64,000 bases of DNA from Collinsella sp. (GCA_048195375.1 DBFADZ010000039.1:19334-83333), one strand, 5' to 3'. Shown: positions 19,209-29,528, numbered from the stretch's first letter. Made by a program: numbers and translations. Notes: a model not told the origin generated them from the letters alone.

Positions 19209-20003
19209 TTAAGCCTCCTCGGTCTTGCTCAGACCACCAAACCTACGGTCACGGCCCTGATAGGCCAAAATGGCGTCGACAAGGCCCCAACGATCAAAGT
19301 CGGGCCAATAGGTATCGGTGACGTAGAACTCGGAATAAGCCACCTGCCACAGCAGATAGTTCGAAAGGCGTAGCTCACCAGAAGTGCGAATCACAAGCTC
19401 AGGATCGGGAAGGCCGGCGGTATAGAGGTGGGAAGCCACCATGTCGTCATCAATTGCGGCAGGATCGATCTTACCGGCGGCAGCGTCGAGTGCGATCTGA
19501 CGGACAGCGCGGGTAATCTCGGCACGCGCGCCGTAGTTGACGGCAAGCGCCAGCGTCATGCCGGTGTGATTGGCGCACTCGGCAAGACCGCGTTCAAAAA
19601 CGTCGCGGGTCTTCTTGGGCAGCGCGGAAATGTCACCCAAAAAGACAACGCGCACGTTTTCGCGCTTCAGAAGCGGCAGCTCGTCGATGAACGTCTTGGC
19701 AAACAGGTGCATCAGAACGTTGACTTCGTGCTGAGGGCGATTCCAGTTTTCGGTCGAAAACGCATAGGCAGAAAGCACGTCGACGCCCAGACGCACGCAG
19801 GCGGTAATAATCTCGCGAAGGGAGACGATACCCGCCTTGTGGCCCTCGGTGCGTGCAAGACCGCGTGATGTGGCCCAACGACCGTTGCCGTCCATAATGC
19901 ACGAGATATGGTGCGGAATGTTATTGAGGTCAAGGTCGGAAAAACCGACGCCCGCAGGGGCGTCGGCAAAGTACTCGACCAGTTTATGCTCGTCGTATTG
20001 CAC
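19209..20003 (-). CDS. uppS: Undecaprenyl/polyprenyl diphosphate synthase
   Basis: IMDGNGRWA, YAFSTENWNRP, IRTSGE.RLSNYLLWQ. Confidence 0.96.
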   Translation of the reverse strand: MQYDEHKLVEYFADAPAGVGFSDLDLNNIPHHISCIMDGNGRWATSRGLARTEGHKAGIVSLREIITACVRLGVDVLSAYAFSTENWNRPQHEVNVLMHLFAKTFIDELPLLKRENVRVVFLGDISALPKKTRDVFERGLAECANHTGMTLALAVNYGARAEITRAVRQIALDAAAGKIDPAAIDDDMVASHLYTAGLPDPELVIRTSGELRLSNYLLWQVAYSEFYVTDTYWPDFDRWGLVDAILAYQGRDRRFGGLSKTEEA

Positions 20004-20004
20004 C

Positions 20005-20541
20005 TTAGATCTCCATGACCTCGGCTTCTTTTTCCTTCAGAAGCTCCTCGACCTTGGCGACATACTCATCGGTGTGCTTCTGGACCTTGGCCTGCTCGCG
20101 ACGGACATCGTCCTCGGTGAGCTCCTCATCGCGCTCGAGCTTGTTGTTGAAGTCGCGACGGATGTTACGGATAGACACCTTGGCCTGCTCGGCGTACTCG
20201 CGGCACTCCTTGACGAGCTCGCGACGGCGCTCCTCGGTGGGAGCCGGGAACGGAAGACGAACGACGGTGCCATCGGAGTTGGGGGTAATACCCAGATCGG
20301 AAGCGCCGATGGCCTTGACGATAGCATTGATGAGTGCCTTGTCCCACGGCTCGATGAGCAGCATGTGGGCCTCGGGGGTCTTGACGGCGGCAACCTGCGT
20401 GACCGGCGTGGGAACACCGTAATAATCGACGGTGATGTCGGACAGAATGTTGGCATTGGCGCGGCCGGTACGGACCTTGGAGAAGTTATGCTTGAGGGAC
20501 TCGAGCGACTTGTCCATATGGGCGGTGATGTTCTCTGCCAT
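20005..20541 (-). CDS. frr: Ribosome recycling factor
   Basis: VRTGRAN, DYYGVPTP, PTEERRRELVK, IRNIRR. Confidence 0.97.
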   Translation of the reverse strand: MAENITAHMDKSLESLKHNFSKVRTGRANANILSDITVDYYGVPTPVTQVAAVKTPEAHMLLIEPWDKALINAIVKAIGASDLGITPNSDGTVVRLPFPAPTEERRRELVKECREYAEQAKVSIRNIRRDFNNKLERDEELTEDDVRREQAKVQKHTDEYVAKVEELLKEKEAEVMEI

Positions 20542-20543
20542 GC

Positions 20544-21266
20544 TTAATCCTCCTGATAGACGAGCGTGCCGACGGGCTCACCCGCGAGCGCGCGCTTGAC
20601 AGTGTCCTCGCCATCGATGTTGAGGACCAAAATCGGCATACGGTTATCTTGGCACAGTGCCGTAGCCGTGGAATCCATAACCTGCAGACCGCGGACGAGC
20701 ACCTCATGGTAGGTGATCTTGTCAAAGCGGACGGCATCGGCGCACTTGACGGGATCCTTGTCATAGATGCCGTCGACCTTGGTAGCCTTGATCAGAATCT
20801 CGGCGCCGATCTCGCACGCACGAAGAGCCGCGGCGGTGTCGGTCGTAAAGTACGGATTGCCCGAACCGGCGGCAAAAATAACGACGTTACCCTTGGAAAG
20901 GTGGTTGATGGCGCGACGGCGAATATAGGGCTCGCAGATCTCGTTCATCTGAATAGCGCTCATCACGCGGCAGGGAACATCGTTATGCTCGAAGGCATCC
21001 TGCAGGGCGAGCGCGTTCATAACGGTTGCCAGCATGCCCATGTAGTCGGCCTGAGCACGCTCCATGCCACCGGCAGCGCCGGCCATGCCGCGGAAAATAT
21101 TGCCGCCGCCGACAACGACGCCGACCTCATGGCCAACGGCGAGCAGCTCCTTGACCTGCTTGGCAAGATGGTCGGTAACCTTGGGGTCGATGCCATATTG
21201 GCCGTCGCCCATCAGTGCTTCGCCGGAAAGCTTCAAAAGCACGCGTTTATATCGGATGTCGGACAA
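20544..21266 (-). CDS. pyrH: UMP kinase
   Basis: [41 protein letters not shown]. Confidence 0.97.
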   Translation of the reverse strand: MSDIRYKRVLLKLSGEALMGDGQYGIDPKVTDHLAKQVKELLAVGHEVGVVVGGGNIFRGMAGAAGGMERAQADYMGMLATVMNALALQDAFEHNDVPCRVMSAIQMNEICEPYIRRRAINHLSKGNVVIFAAGSGNPYFTTDTAAALRACEIGAEILIKATKVDGIYDKDPVKCADAVRFDKITYHEVLVRGLQVMDSTATALCQDNRMPILVLNIDGEDTVKRALAGEPVGTLVYQED

Positions 21267-21326
21267 AGCGATCCTCCTTTAGATTGAACTCTCAACATTC
21301 TATCAAAGGCTCTAAGAAGAGCCATG

Positions 21327-21361
21327 AAAAAGCAGGCTGTGAGTAAAACCCACAGCCTGCT
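21327..21361 (-). terminator. Intrinsic terminator after tsf
   Basis: agcaggctgtg/cacagcctgct stem with an A5 run on +. Confidence 0.75.
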
Positions 21362-21384
21362 CATTACCAGCTACAAGAGCTTAT

Positions 21385-22254
21385 TTACTCGCCACGGACC
21401 AGACGGTCAAAGGCAACGACGGTAATGGTGTCGCCGAGCTCCTTGGAGACCTGCTCAGCGTACTTCTTGATGGTGAGGGAGCTGTCCTTGATGAACTCCT
21501 GCTCGGTGAGCACGGACTGCTTGTAGAACTTCTCCAGACGGCCGACAGCCATCTTCTCCTGAATGGCCTCGGGCTTGCCGGACTCGGCAGCCTGAGCCAT
21601 GTAGATCTGCTTCTCGTGCTCGACGGTCTCGGCCGGAACCTGATCGCGGGTAGCGCAGATCGGGGCGACGGCGGCAACCTGAAGGGCAACGTCGTGAGCG
21701 AAGGTCTTGAAGGACTCAGCCTGAGCGGTCTCGGCCTTCTCGAAAGCAAACTCGACGAGGACGCCGATCTTACCACCCATGTGGATGTAAGAAGCGAGAG
21801 CGCCGTTCTCGGCCTTGCGGGCAGCGAAGCGGGAGATCTTCATGTTCTCGCCCATGATGTGAATCATCTCGGTGAGCTCGGAGGAAACAGTCTCCTCGCC
21901 CATCGGCTTCTCGAGCAGAGCGTCGACGTCAGCAGGCTCGGTGGTAGCGACAACCTCAGCGACCTTGGAAGCAAAGCCGGTGAACTTGGCGTTGGAGCCA
22001 ACGAAGTCGGTCTCGCAGGAGAGCTCGAGCAGAGCGCCGGTCTTGCCATCCTCGGAGACGAACGCGGCAACAGCGCCCTCGTTGGTCTCACGGCCAGCCT
22101 TCTTGGCAGCCTTGGCAAGGCCGTTCTTACGCAGAACGTCGACAGCGGCGTCCATGTCGCCGTCAGCCTCGACGAGAGCCTTCTTGCACTCCATCATCGG
22201 GGAGTCGGTCATCTCGCGGAGCTGCTTGACCATAGCGGCGGTAATCTGGGCCAT
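21385..22254 (-). CDS. tsf: Elongation factor Ts
   Basis: ITAAMVKQLRE.T..PMMECKKAL, CETDFV. Confidence 0.97.
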   Translation of the reverse strand: MAQITAAMVKQLREMTDSPMMECKKALVEADGDMDAAVDVLRKNGLAKAAKKAGRETNEGAVAAFVSEDGKTGALLELSCETDFVGSNAKFTGFASKVAEVVATTEPADVDALLEKPMGEETVSSELTEMIHIMGENMKISRFAARKAENGALASYIHMGGKIGVLVEFAFEKAETAQAESFKTFAHDVALQVAAVAPICATRDQVPAETVEHEKQIYMAQAAESGKPEAIQEKMAVGRLEKFYKQSVLTEQEFIKDSSLTIKKYAEQVSKELGDTITVVAFDRLVRGE

Positions 22255-22299
22255 TGTGGTTCCTTTCAAAGAGATGAAAAAGAATTAACTAAGACTGAT

Positions 22300-23028
22300 T
22301 TACTCGGCCTTGGGCTCAGCGGCCATCTCGGCCTCGGAGACCTGCTCCTTACCGGAGCCAGCGAGGCAGGCGTCAGCCATGAGCTCGCACATAAGGGTGA
22401 CAGCGGAGATAGCGTCATCGTTGCAGGGGATGCCGTACTCGACCTCGTCGGGATCGGAGTTGGTGTCGATCAGAGCGACGACGGGGATGTTCAGGCGCTG
22501 AGCTTCCTTGATGGCGTTCTCCTCGCGCTTGGTGTCGATGACGAAGAGAGCCTGGGGCAGACCCTTCATGTCGCGGGCGCCACCGAGGTTGGTCTGGAGC
22601 TTGGTGAGCTCCTTGCCGAGAACAGCCTGCTCCTTCTTGGGCAGAACAGCCATGCGGCCGTCCTCGACCATGGCCTCGAGCTCCTCCATGCGGTTGATGC
22701 GGGAGCGGATGGTGACGAAGTTGGTCAGCATACCGCCGAGCCAACGCTGGTTGATGTAAGGCATGTTGGCGCGCTCAGCAGCGTTCTTGACGGCCTCCTG
22801 AGCCTGCTTCTTGGTGCCGACGAACAGCACGTTGCCGCCCTTGGCGACGTTCTTGACGAAGGTGTAGGCCTGGTCGGCGTCGAGGATGGTCTGCTTGAGG
22901 TCGAGGATGTAGATGCCGTTGCGCTCACCGAAGATGAACGGCTTCATCTTGGGGTTCCAGCGACGGGTCTGGTGACCGAAGTGGCAGCCGGCCTCGAGCA
23001 GGGTGCGGATATTAATCTTGGTAGCCAT
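22300..23028 (-). CDS. rpsB: 30S ribosomal protein S2
   Basis: [40 protein letters not shown]. Confidence 0.98.
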   Translation of the reverse strand: MATKINIRTLLEAGCHFGHQTRRWNPKMKPFIFGERNGIYILDLKQTILDADQAYTFVKNVAKGGNVLFVGTKKQAQEAVKNAAERANMPYINQRWLGGMLTNFVTIRSRINRMEELEAMVEDGRMAVLPKKEQAVLGKELTKLQTNLGGARDMKGLPQALFVIDTKREENAIKEAQRLNIPVVALIDTNSDPDEVEYGIPCNDDAISAVTLMCELMADACLAGSGKEQVSEAEMAAEPKAE

Positions 23029-23042
23029 GTTAAACCTCCTGT

Positions 23043-23137
23043 GGTTTGCCTCCGCGCGGGGTCATCCTCCAAAACCAACCCGGACATGTGCTACCAAAGC
23101 CCGGGCACCACGGTATGAAGTAGCCGCGCGTGCGTGA
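23043..23137 (-). ncRNA. rpsB leader (t44-like S2 autoregulatory RNA)
   Basis: Minus strand reads CACGCACGCGCGG...GGTGCC...CCGCGCGGAGGCAAACC directly upstream of rpsB, resembling the t44 pattern. Confidence 0.7.
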
Positions 23138-23247
23138 TAAAAACATGTTGCCGTGAAGCAACCCGATGAATGATAGCAGGAATGCATCTTCCTGCCAACC
23201 CGCAATCAAAACCACACACCTGAGTGCGACGCGGGACGTTCCAGCCA

Positions 23248-24168
23248 CTATTCGCCGCGGGGATGGGCTTGAGCCACGGCACGTTTGAGCCGATCGGGCG
23301 TGAGATGCGTGTAGATTTGCGTCGTGGACAGGCTCGCATGACCCAGCAGCTCTTGAACCGAGCGCAGGTCCGCACCGCCCTCGAGCAAGTCGGTCGCAAA
23401 GGTATGGCGCATCGCATGCGGGGCGATGTCGGCCGGAATGCCGGCGAGCGTCGCCAGCGTATGGAACCGCCGCCGGAGCATGGCGGCGCTCATGCGATTG
23501 CCGCGCGCCGATATAAGCAGCGGATGCGGCCCGGTAGCGAGGTCGCGGCGCTTTGCCTGAGTGAGCAACTCCGGCCTCCCCTCCTCAATATAGAGACGCG
23601 TCACCTCGAGCGCACGACGATACAGAGGGACGATACGTTCTTTGCTCCCCTTGCCCCACAGGCGCAACGTGCGTTCGGACCAAGCGATAGACTCCACATT
23701 GAGTGCTGCGAGCTCAGAGATACGAGCACCCGAGGCATAGAGCAGCTCGAGCATCGCCGCATCGCGCAGTCCCGCGGGCGTCGAGTTATCAGGCGTCTTG
23801 AGCAGCGCCTCGACCTGCTGGGTCGTAAGGACGCCCGGCAGGTCACGCGGCAGCTTGGGCGATGCGATCGCCGAGACCGCATCGCCCTCGACAATCCCCT
23901 CGGCAGCCATCCAGCGATAGAGAGATCGGATAGCCGACAGGTGCGCCGCAAGCGTTCGGGGAGCCACCTGCTCACGCGAAAGCTCGGCAAGATAGCGACG
24001 AATGGTGCGCACGTCGGCAGCGAAAGCATCGATATCCTCGCGCTCGCACCAAGCAGCAAAGCGCTCCAGCCTCGAGCCATAGGCTGTCACCGTGTTGGGA
24101 GAAAGTCCCTCAACACGTGCGATATAGGCGATAAACGAGTCGACGGTGTCGTACAGGTCAAAAGCTAT
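23248..24168 (-). CDS. xerC: Tyrosine recombinase XerC/XerD family
   Basis: RDAAMLELLYASGARISEL, GKGSKER, PHAMRHTFAT, QELLGHASLSTTQIYTH; frame stays open 26 codons upstream of GTG 24090 to ATA 24168. Confidence 0.88.
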   Translation of the reverse strand: MAFDLYDTVDSFIAYIARVEGLSPNTVTAYGSRLERFAAWCEREDIDAFAADVRTIRRYLAELSREQVAPRTLAAHLSAIRSLYRWMAAEGIVEGDAVSAIASPKLPRDLPGVLTTQQVEALLKTPDNSTPAGLRDAAMLELLYASGARISELAALNVESIAWSERTLRLWGKGSKERIVPLYRRALEVTRLYIEEGRPELLTQAKRRDLATGPHPLLISARGNRMSAAMLRRRFHTLATLAGIPADIAPHAMRHTFATDLLEGGADLRSVQELLGHASLSTTQIYTHLTPDRLKRAVAQAHPRGE

Positions 24169-25502
24169 GACCGGTCGCCTCCAAACAGATCGGGGCGAGT
24201 GGCCAGATAGGCATCAAGGGCCTCGAGGGCGCGATCCGCATAAGCCTGGTAGCGGTCGCGTTTGCTGCGGCGCTTACCATCCTCGAGTGGCGGCACCAGG
24301 CCAAAGTTGACATGCATAGGCTGATAGCCCACGGTGGCAGGATCGGTCGCATAGCCCACGAGCGCGCCCAGAGCGCCCACGCGCGGCAGCTCGACGCCCG
24401 CGGCACCGATAGCCTCGGCATAGGTGTTGAGCGCGGCGAGCAGGCCCGTCGCCACGGCCTCCATGTACCCCTCGGTGCCGGTGATCTGACCGGCCAGGCG
24501 CACACCGGTACCGGGCACGGCAAAGGTGCCATCGAGCACGTGCGGGGCGTCGACAAAGGTATTGCGGTGCATGACGCCGTAGCGGAAGAACTCAGCGTTC
24601 TCCAGGCCCGGCACCATATGGAAGACGCGCTTCTGCTCGCCAAAGGTCAGATTGGTCTGGAAGCCCACCAGGTTATAGGCGGTCTTCTCCTTGTTCTCGG
24701 CACGCAGCTGAATCGCCGCCCAAGGGCGACGTCCGGTACGCGGGTCGGTGAGGCCGACGGGCTTCATGGCGCCAAAGCGAATAGCGTCCTTGCCGGTGCG
24801 CGCAACCTCCTCGGCAGGCTGGCAGGCCTGGAACAGATCGCCGCCCTCAAAGTCCTTGAGCACCACGCGGTCGGCCGTGGTGAGCGCCTCGATAAAGGCC
24901 TCGTACTCCTCTTTGTTGAGCGGGGCGTTGAGATAGTCGCCGCTCCCCTGCTCCTCGTAGCGCGACTGCGAGAACAGCACGTCCATATCGAGCGTGGAGG
25001 CATCGACGATCGGAGCCGCGGCATCGAAGAACGCAAGGGCGTCGCCGCCGACGAGCTTCATGACCTCTTCGCTCAGCGCCGGCGAGCACAAGGGGCCCGC
25101 GGCAATGACCACGTGACCCTCGGGAATCTGCGTGACCTCGCCGTGAATGATCTCGATATTGGGACGGGCGGCAACCTCGGCCTCGACAAGCTCGGAAAAC
25201 TTGACGCGGTCGACCGCCAAGGCGCCACCGGCGGGAACAGCCGCGCGATGGGCGCAATCGAGCAGGACTGAACCCATGCGCTGGAGCTCGGCTTTTAGTA
25301 GGCCAGCAGCGGAATCTGGACGGGTCGACTTAAACGAATTGGAGCAGACGAGCTCTGCCAGGTGATCAGTATGGTGAGCCGGGGAGCTCACCTGGGGGCG
25401 CATCTCGCACAGCTTTACGGCAAACCCGCGGTCTGCCAGCTGGATCGCGCATTCCGAACCCGCCAGACCGCCACCGATAACCGTCACCTGATCGAACTGC
25501 AT
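24165..25502 (-). CDS. trmFO: Folate/FAD-dependent tRNA m5U54 methyltransferase
   Basis: IGGGLAGSE, ELVCSNS, GGALAVDR, VGFQT, RYGVMHRNTF, AGQITGTEGY. Confidence 0.96.
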   Translation of the reverse strand: MQFDQVTVIGGGLAGSECAIQLADRGFAVKLCEMRPQVSSPAHHTDHLAELVCSNSFKSTRPDSAAGLLKAELQRMGSVLLDCAHRAAVPAGGALAVDRVKFSELVEAEVAARPNIEIIHGEVTQIPEGHVVIAAGPLCSPALSEEVMKLVGGDALAFFDAAAPIVDASTLDMDVLFSQSRYEEQGSGDYLNAPLNKEEYEAFIEALTTADRVVLKDFEGGDLFQACQPAEEVARTGKDAIRFGAMKPVGLTDPRTGRRPWAAIQLRAENKEKTAYNLVGFQTNLTFGEQKRVFHMVPGLENAEFFRYGVMHRNTFVDAPHVLDGTFAVPGTGVRLAGQITGTEGYMEAVATGLLAALNTYAEAIGAAGVELPRVGALGALVGYATDPATVGYQPMHVNFGLVPPLEDGKRRSKRDRYQAYADRALEALDAYLATRPDLFGGDRS

Positions 25503-25516
25503 CTGCAAACACCTTT

Positions 25517-26452
25517 CTAATTGACACGTTTTCCATTGTGACCGAAGGGCGTCTGGGCGTGAAGGGCAAACTTGGAGGGCGCATACCTTCCATCCATCAT
25601 GCGCTCGATAAGGCCCTCGAGTTCAAGCGAACCCAAGAGTTTGAGTACGCCGACAGCATCGAGTGAGACGAGCGCCGCGATGTCGTCGACCTTGAGCGGA
25701 GAGGCGATGAGCGCATGCATCACGGTCTGCTGTGTTGGATCCAGGTCGGCAATGCCGGGAGCATCGGGGCGCGAGTAGCGCAGGGTGCCGTAGATGCGTG
25801 AGATTGCCATCTCGATAGATTCCTCGTCGATGATGCAGCAGGCACCGTTTGCAATGAGGTAATTCGTGCCACGCGACTCGGGCGATAGGATCGACCCCGG
25901 CACGGCAAGAAGTTCGCGCCCCAAATCCATAGCAGCCTCGGCTGTAGAAAACGTCCCGGAAGGCATACCCGCTTCGGATACAAAGAGGGCTTGCGACAGG
26001 GCCGCGATCACGCGATTGCGGCGCGGAAAGGCAAACTTGCGCGGACCTATGCCCCACGGAGAGATCGACACGACCGCGCCACCCGTATCGAGCGTGCGAG
26101 TAATAAGCCCCGCACTCGAACGCGGGTAGACCACGTCGGCGCCCGTCCCCAGCACCACGACGTGTTTGCCGCCGGCGTTGACCGCAGCCCAACCCGAGGC
26201 CTGGTCACAACCGACCGCGCCGCCCGAAACAACCGTCACTCCCGCCTCGACAGCCACCTTTGCCGCAAGCTCTGCCACGGCAAGACCATACGGCGAGGCC
26301 TTTCGCGCGCCGATGATGGAGAGCGCGGGCGTCGAAAGCGCCTCGGGGTTGCCGCGCACATAGAGCGTCTGAGGTACATCAGAAAGATCCAAAACGGTCT
26401 CGGGATACAACGCGTCACCTGGATGCAGCTCGAAGGTCCCCTCGGCCATCAT
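25517..26452 (-). CDS. dprA: DNA-processing protein DprA
   Basis: IIGARKASPYG, VSGGAVGCD, FPRRNRVIAALS, AVPGSI, C-terminal winged helix; ATGA overlap with the comM stop. Confidence 0.93.
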   Translation of the reverse strand: MMAEGTFELHPGDALYPETVLDLSDVPQTLYVRGNPEALSTPALSIIGARKASPYGLAVAELAAKVAVEAGVTVVSGGAVGCDQASGWAAVNAGGKHVVVLGTGADVVYPRSSAGLITRTLDTGGAVVSISPWGIGPRKFAFPRRNRVIAALSQALFVSEAGMPSGTFSTAEAAMDLGRELLAVPGSILSPESRGTNYLIANGACCIIDEESIEMAISRIYGTLRYSRPDAPGIADLDPTQQTVMHALIASPLKVDDIAALVSLDAVGVLKLLGSLELEGLIERMMDGRYAPSKFALHAQTPFGHNGKRVN

Positions 26453-27972
26453 TGGTCCCTCCTTCCCTGGTACATCGCCGCCTCGAGCACGTGGTCCTGC
26501 GTCACTTGCTCGCTCTCGGCGACATCTGCGATCGTGCGCGCGATACGCACCAGGCGCACGATGCCACGCCCTGTGAGATGTGTGCGTTTGGACAGACCGA
26601 GTACGCATTTCTCGGCAGCATCATCGAGCTCAAAGGTCGAAACGACACCGTCAATGGACCGCGTCTCGTCATCCTCGGCCTCGGCATCCGCATCGTCCAT
26701 ACGGGATTCGCGCCAAGCGCGAAAGGCGCGACCGCGCACAACGTAGTCACGTAACTCGGCCGACGACATACCCTCCGCACCCTCGATAATCACTTGGGGG
26801 TCGGGACGGGTCACATCGATCATCATGTCGATACGGTCGGCCAAAGGACCGCGCAGCTTTGCCCGATAGCGCTCGACCATCGATGCCGAGCAGCGGCACG
26901 GCACCTCGCGGTCGCCCAAAAAGCCGCAGGGGCAGGGATTGCTCGCAGCGAGCAGCTGAAAGCGCGACGGGAAGGTAAAGGCCCCGTCGACGCGTACGAT
27001 CCTCACATAGCCGCGTTCGATGGGCTGACGCAGCGTCTGCAGCACACCCGTGGGAAACTCGGCAAGCTCGTCCAAAAAGAGCACGCCGCCATGAGCAAGG
27101 CTAATCTCACCCGGGTGCACCGGGCGCCCGCCGCCGATAAGGCCTGCGGTCGAAATACTGTGATGGGGGCTTCGAAACGGCCGATGACCTGCCAATAAGC
27201 CATCGATGTTCTCGCCCAAGACCGAATGGATGCACAGTGCCTCCTGCTGATCCTCAACGGAAAGCTCAGGCAGAATGCCAGTCATACGGCGCGCAAGCAT
27301 CGTCTTGCCCGATCCCGGGGACCCGATCATAAGCAAACCGAGCTCACCCGCTGCCGCCAGTGCCATGCCGCGTTTGGCAACCTCCTGCCCCAGCACGTCG
27401 GCATAGTCGAGTTCGGGCTCAAAAGTAGCCTCCACACCCTCGGAATCCAGATAATGCCGCGCGGCATCGCCCATGCCATGGGCAAGCTGAGACAAATGAT
27501 CTATGAATCCGCAATCCACGCCCGCGAGTGGCACATGCTGGTCTGATCTGCCGGCGATAAAAGACAGCCCCAAATCACGCGCCAATAACTGAAACGCCAC
27601 CTCGCCCTTGACGGGAAGCACCGTGCCGTCCAAGCCAAGCTCACCGGCGATAAGACAACGATCGAGGTTGTCGCGGGGAATCTGACCATCGGCCGCCAAT
27701 ACCGCGATGGCGATGGGAAGATCAAAGCCGCTACCGGTCTTGCGAATATCGCCAGGTGCCAGATTGACCGTAATGCCCGAGCGTGGGATCTCGAACCCGG
27801 CGGAGCGCATCGCACAGCGAATGCGACCACGCGACTCCATCACCTCCATACTCGGGATGCCGAGCATCTGAATGCCCGGAACGCCGCCGGCAAGCGAGAC
27901 CTCGACCGTGACGTGAATCGCCTCGACGCCGCGGATGCAGGCCGCGTGAACGGCAAACGTCTCGAACGCCAT
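26449..27972 (-). CDS. comM: ComM/YifB Mg-chelatase-like AAA+ helicase
   Basis: VNLAPGDIRKTGSGFDLPIA, GSPGSGKTMLA, PFRSPHH, GEISLAHGGVLFLDE, NPCPCG. Confidence 0.93.
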   Translation of the reverse strand: MAFETFAVHAACIRGVEAIHVTVEVSLAGGVPGIQMLGIPSMEVMESRGRIRCAMRSAGFEIPRSGITVNLAPGDIRKTGSGFDLPIAIAVLAADGQIPRDNLDRCLIAGELGLDGTVLPVKGEVAFQLLARDLGLSFIAGRSDQHVPLAGVDCGFIDHLSQLAHGMGDAARHYLDSEGVEATFEPELDYADVLGQEVAKRGMALAAAGELGLLMIGSPGSGKTMLARRMTGILPELSVEDQQEALCIHSVLGENIDGLLAGHRPFRSPHHSISTAGLIGGGRPVHPGEISLAHGGVLFLDELAEFPTGVLQTLRQPIERGYVRIVRVDGAFTFPSRFQLLAASNPCPCGFLGDREVPCRCSASMVERYRAKLRGPLADRIDMMIDVTRPDPQVIIEGAEGMSSAELRDYVVRGRAFRAWRESRMDDADAEAEDDETRSIDGVVSTFELDDAAEKCVLGLSKRTHLTGRGIVRLVRIARTIADVAESEQVTQDHVLEAAMYQGRRDQ

Positions 27973-28457
27973 CACGACACCTGCCAATCGAACGCGTTGT
28001 ACTGATGCTCGATCTCGGCGATATGCCCGCCGCGAATGGTGACACCCACGGCATCGAAGCGAATCGCCTTGAGCGGATAATGCTCCATGAGATAGCAACT
28101 TGCGATGCGGCGGTAGCGGCGTTGCTTTTGGGCGTCCACGGCTTCCTCGGGAAAGACCCGCGTGGTGCAATCCAGGGCGACGCGTCTGGTCTTGACCTCG
28201 GCCATCACCACGGCATCGTCGAGCTCATCGAGCAGCACCAGATCGGCCTCGCCCTCGGTGCAACGATAACCCTGTTCCAGCAAGGTGTAGCCGCGCTCGT
28301 TAAAGTAGTCAATGGTGATCAGCTCGCCCAGCATACCCAGCTCGCGGGGGCTGAGCCCCTTGATAAACTCGGGCGTCATCGCCCCGCAGTCGAGCTCACC
28401 GTTTTCCCAACGCTCCTTGAGCTGCTGTGTCTTGCTCTTTTTGCTTGCGGCACTCAT
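27972..28457 (-). CDS. yraN: YraN family (UPF0102) nuclease
   Basis: LG..GE, GY..L, GEADLV, EVKTR, IRFD; AAAGGAG RBS before ATG 28457. Confidence 0.88.
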   Translation of the reverse strand: MSAASKKSKTQQLKERWENGELDCGAMTPEFIKGLSPRELGMLGELITIDYFNERGYTLLEQGYRCTEGEADLVLLDELDDAVVMAEVKTRRVALDCTTRVFPEEAVDAQKQRRYRRIASCYLMEHYPLKAIRFDAVGVTIRGGHIAEIEHQYNAFDWQVS

Positions 28458-28555
28458 GGGGTCTCCTTTCCCGCACACTGCAGTGCCCCGATGATGAGGG
28501 CACCTTTCATGCGGGTAAGTACCGGAAGCTAACCAAAAGCTGACCAAATGCCGTC

Positions 28556-28598
28556 AAAAAACGGGCCGTACGCAGCAATGTTGTTGCATACGGCCCGC
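28556..28598 (-). terminator. Intrinsic terminator after rnhB
   Basis: cgggccgta.gcagcaa/ttgttgc.tacggcccg stem with an A6 run on +. Confidence 0.75.
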
Positions 28599-28646
28599 TA
28601 CCAGCAGGTTTATAAAACCCCAGAAGTCCCTGTCTCCACAATTGAC

Positions 28647-29435
28647 CTAGAAAAGTCGCTCAGTCTGCAGAAAGTTTCCGCAAAAGCTCACGCGGTGCAG
28701 AGGACAAAGTCCATGTTTACGAATGGCCTCGATATGCTCGGGGCTCGCATAGCCCTTCGACTCGGCCAGATGGTACTCGGGATACTCGGCGTCGTACTCG
28801 ACCATCATCTCGTCACGCGTGACCTTGGCCATGATGGACGCCGCGGCGATGCAGGCGATCTTGGCATCGCCCTTCACCACATCGCGCTCGTTGGGAACGG
28901 CACCCAAAGGATTACCGTCCATGAGGACGCAGTCGGGTTCAAGCCCCGTATCGGCCACGGCACCCGCAACGGCGGTACGGATAGCGCGGGCCATACCCAT
29001 CTCATCGATATCTGCAGGAGCGATATGGCAAAAGCCGATGGCAGTCGCCACCTCGGAAATCTTCACAGAGAGCAACTCGCGGCGCGCGGGCGTGAGCTTT
29101 TTGGAATCGTTGATACCCCAGACGCGCGGCTCCATAGGAAGACAGACGGCGCATACCGTCAAAGGACCGGCCACCGATCCGCGACCCACCTCGTCGACAC
29201 CAACGACCACCCCATCGCCGCCAAGCTCATGCATAAGCTCGTACATGTCATTGACGCGCTCGCGCTCGGCAACCTCTTTGGAATGGCGTTTGAGGGCGCG
29301 TTCACAAGCCTTGATCACCTGCTGGCGCGGATCCTCGCGATAATGCTCCACGAGGGCGGGAATCTCCTCAAACGTGGCGCTCGCCAACTCACCGGCAACC
29401 TGCGATGCCGAAACCGAGCTCGTCATGTTGGCCAT
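28647..29435 (-). CDS. rnhB: Ribonuclease HII
   Basis: GVDEVGRG, INDSKKL, KGDAK...IAAASIMAKVTRD, KGY. Confidence 0.96.
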   Translation of the reverse strand: MANMTSSVSASQVAGELASATFEEIPALVEHYREDPRQQVIKACERALKRHSKEVAERERVNDMYELMHELGGDGVVVGVDEVGRGSVAGPLTVCAVCLPMEPRVWGINDSKKLTPARRELLSVKISEVATAIGFCHIAPADIDEMGMARAIRTAVAGAVADTGLEPDCVLMDGNPLGAVPNERDVVKGDAKIACIAAASIMAKVTRDEMMVEYDAEYPEYHLAESKGYASPEHIEAIRKHGLCPLHRVSFCGNFLQTERLF

Positions 29436-29464
29436 ACCAGGCCCTCCTTGCATGCAAATCAGAT

Positions 29465-29494
29465 AAAAAGAAGGGCCACCCGAAGGTGGCCCTT
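29465..29494 (-). terminator. Intrinsic terminator after rplS
   Basis: aagggccacc-cgaa-ggtggccctt (UUCG loop on -) with an A-run on +. Confidence 0.8.
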
Positions 29495-29528
29495 GTGTCC
29501 AAAGGAGTGGACAGACGCTGCAATCTTC

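Noticed and set aside
23248..24168. Tyrosine recombinase as a prophage or island integrase
   Set aside because: Housekeeping trmFO-xerC context, Xer-type motifs, and no att repeats or cargo seen
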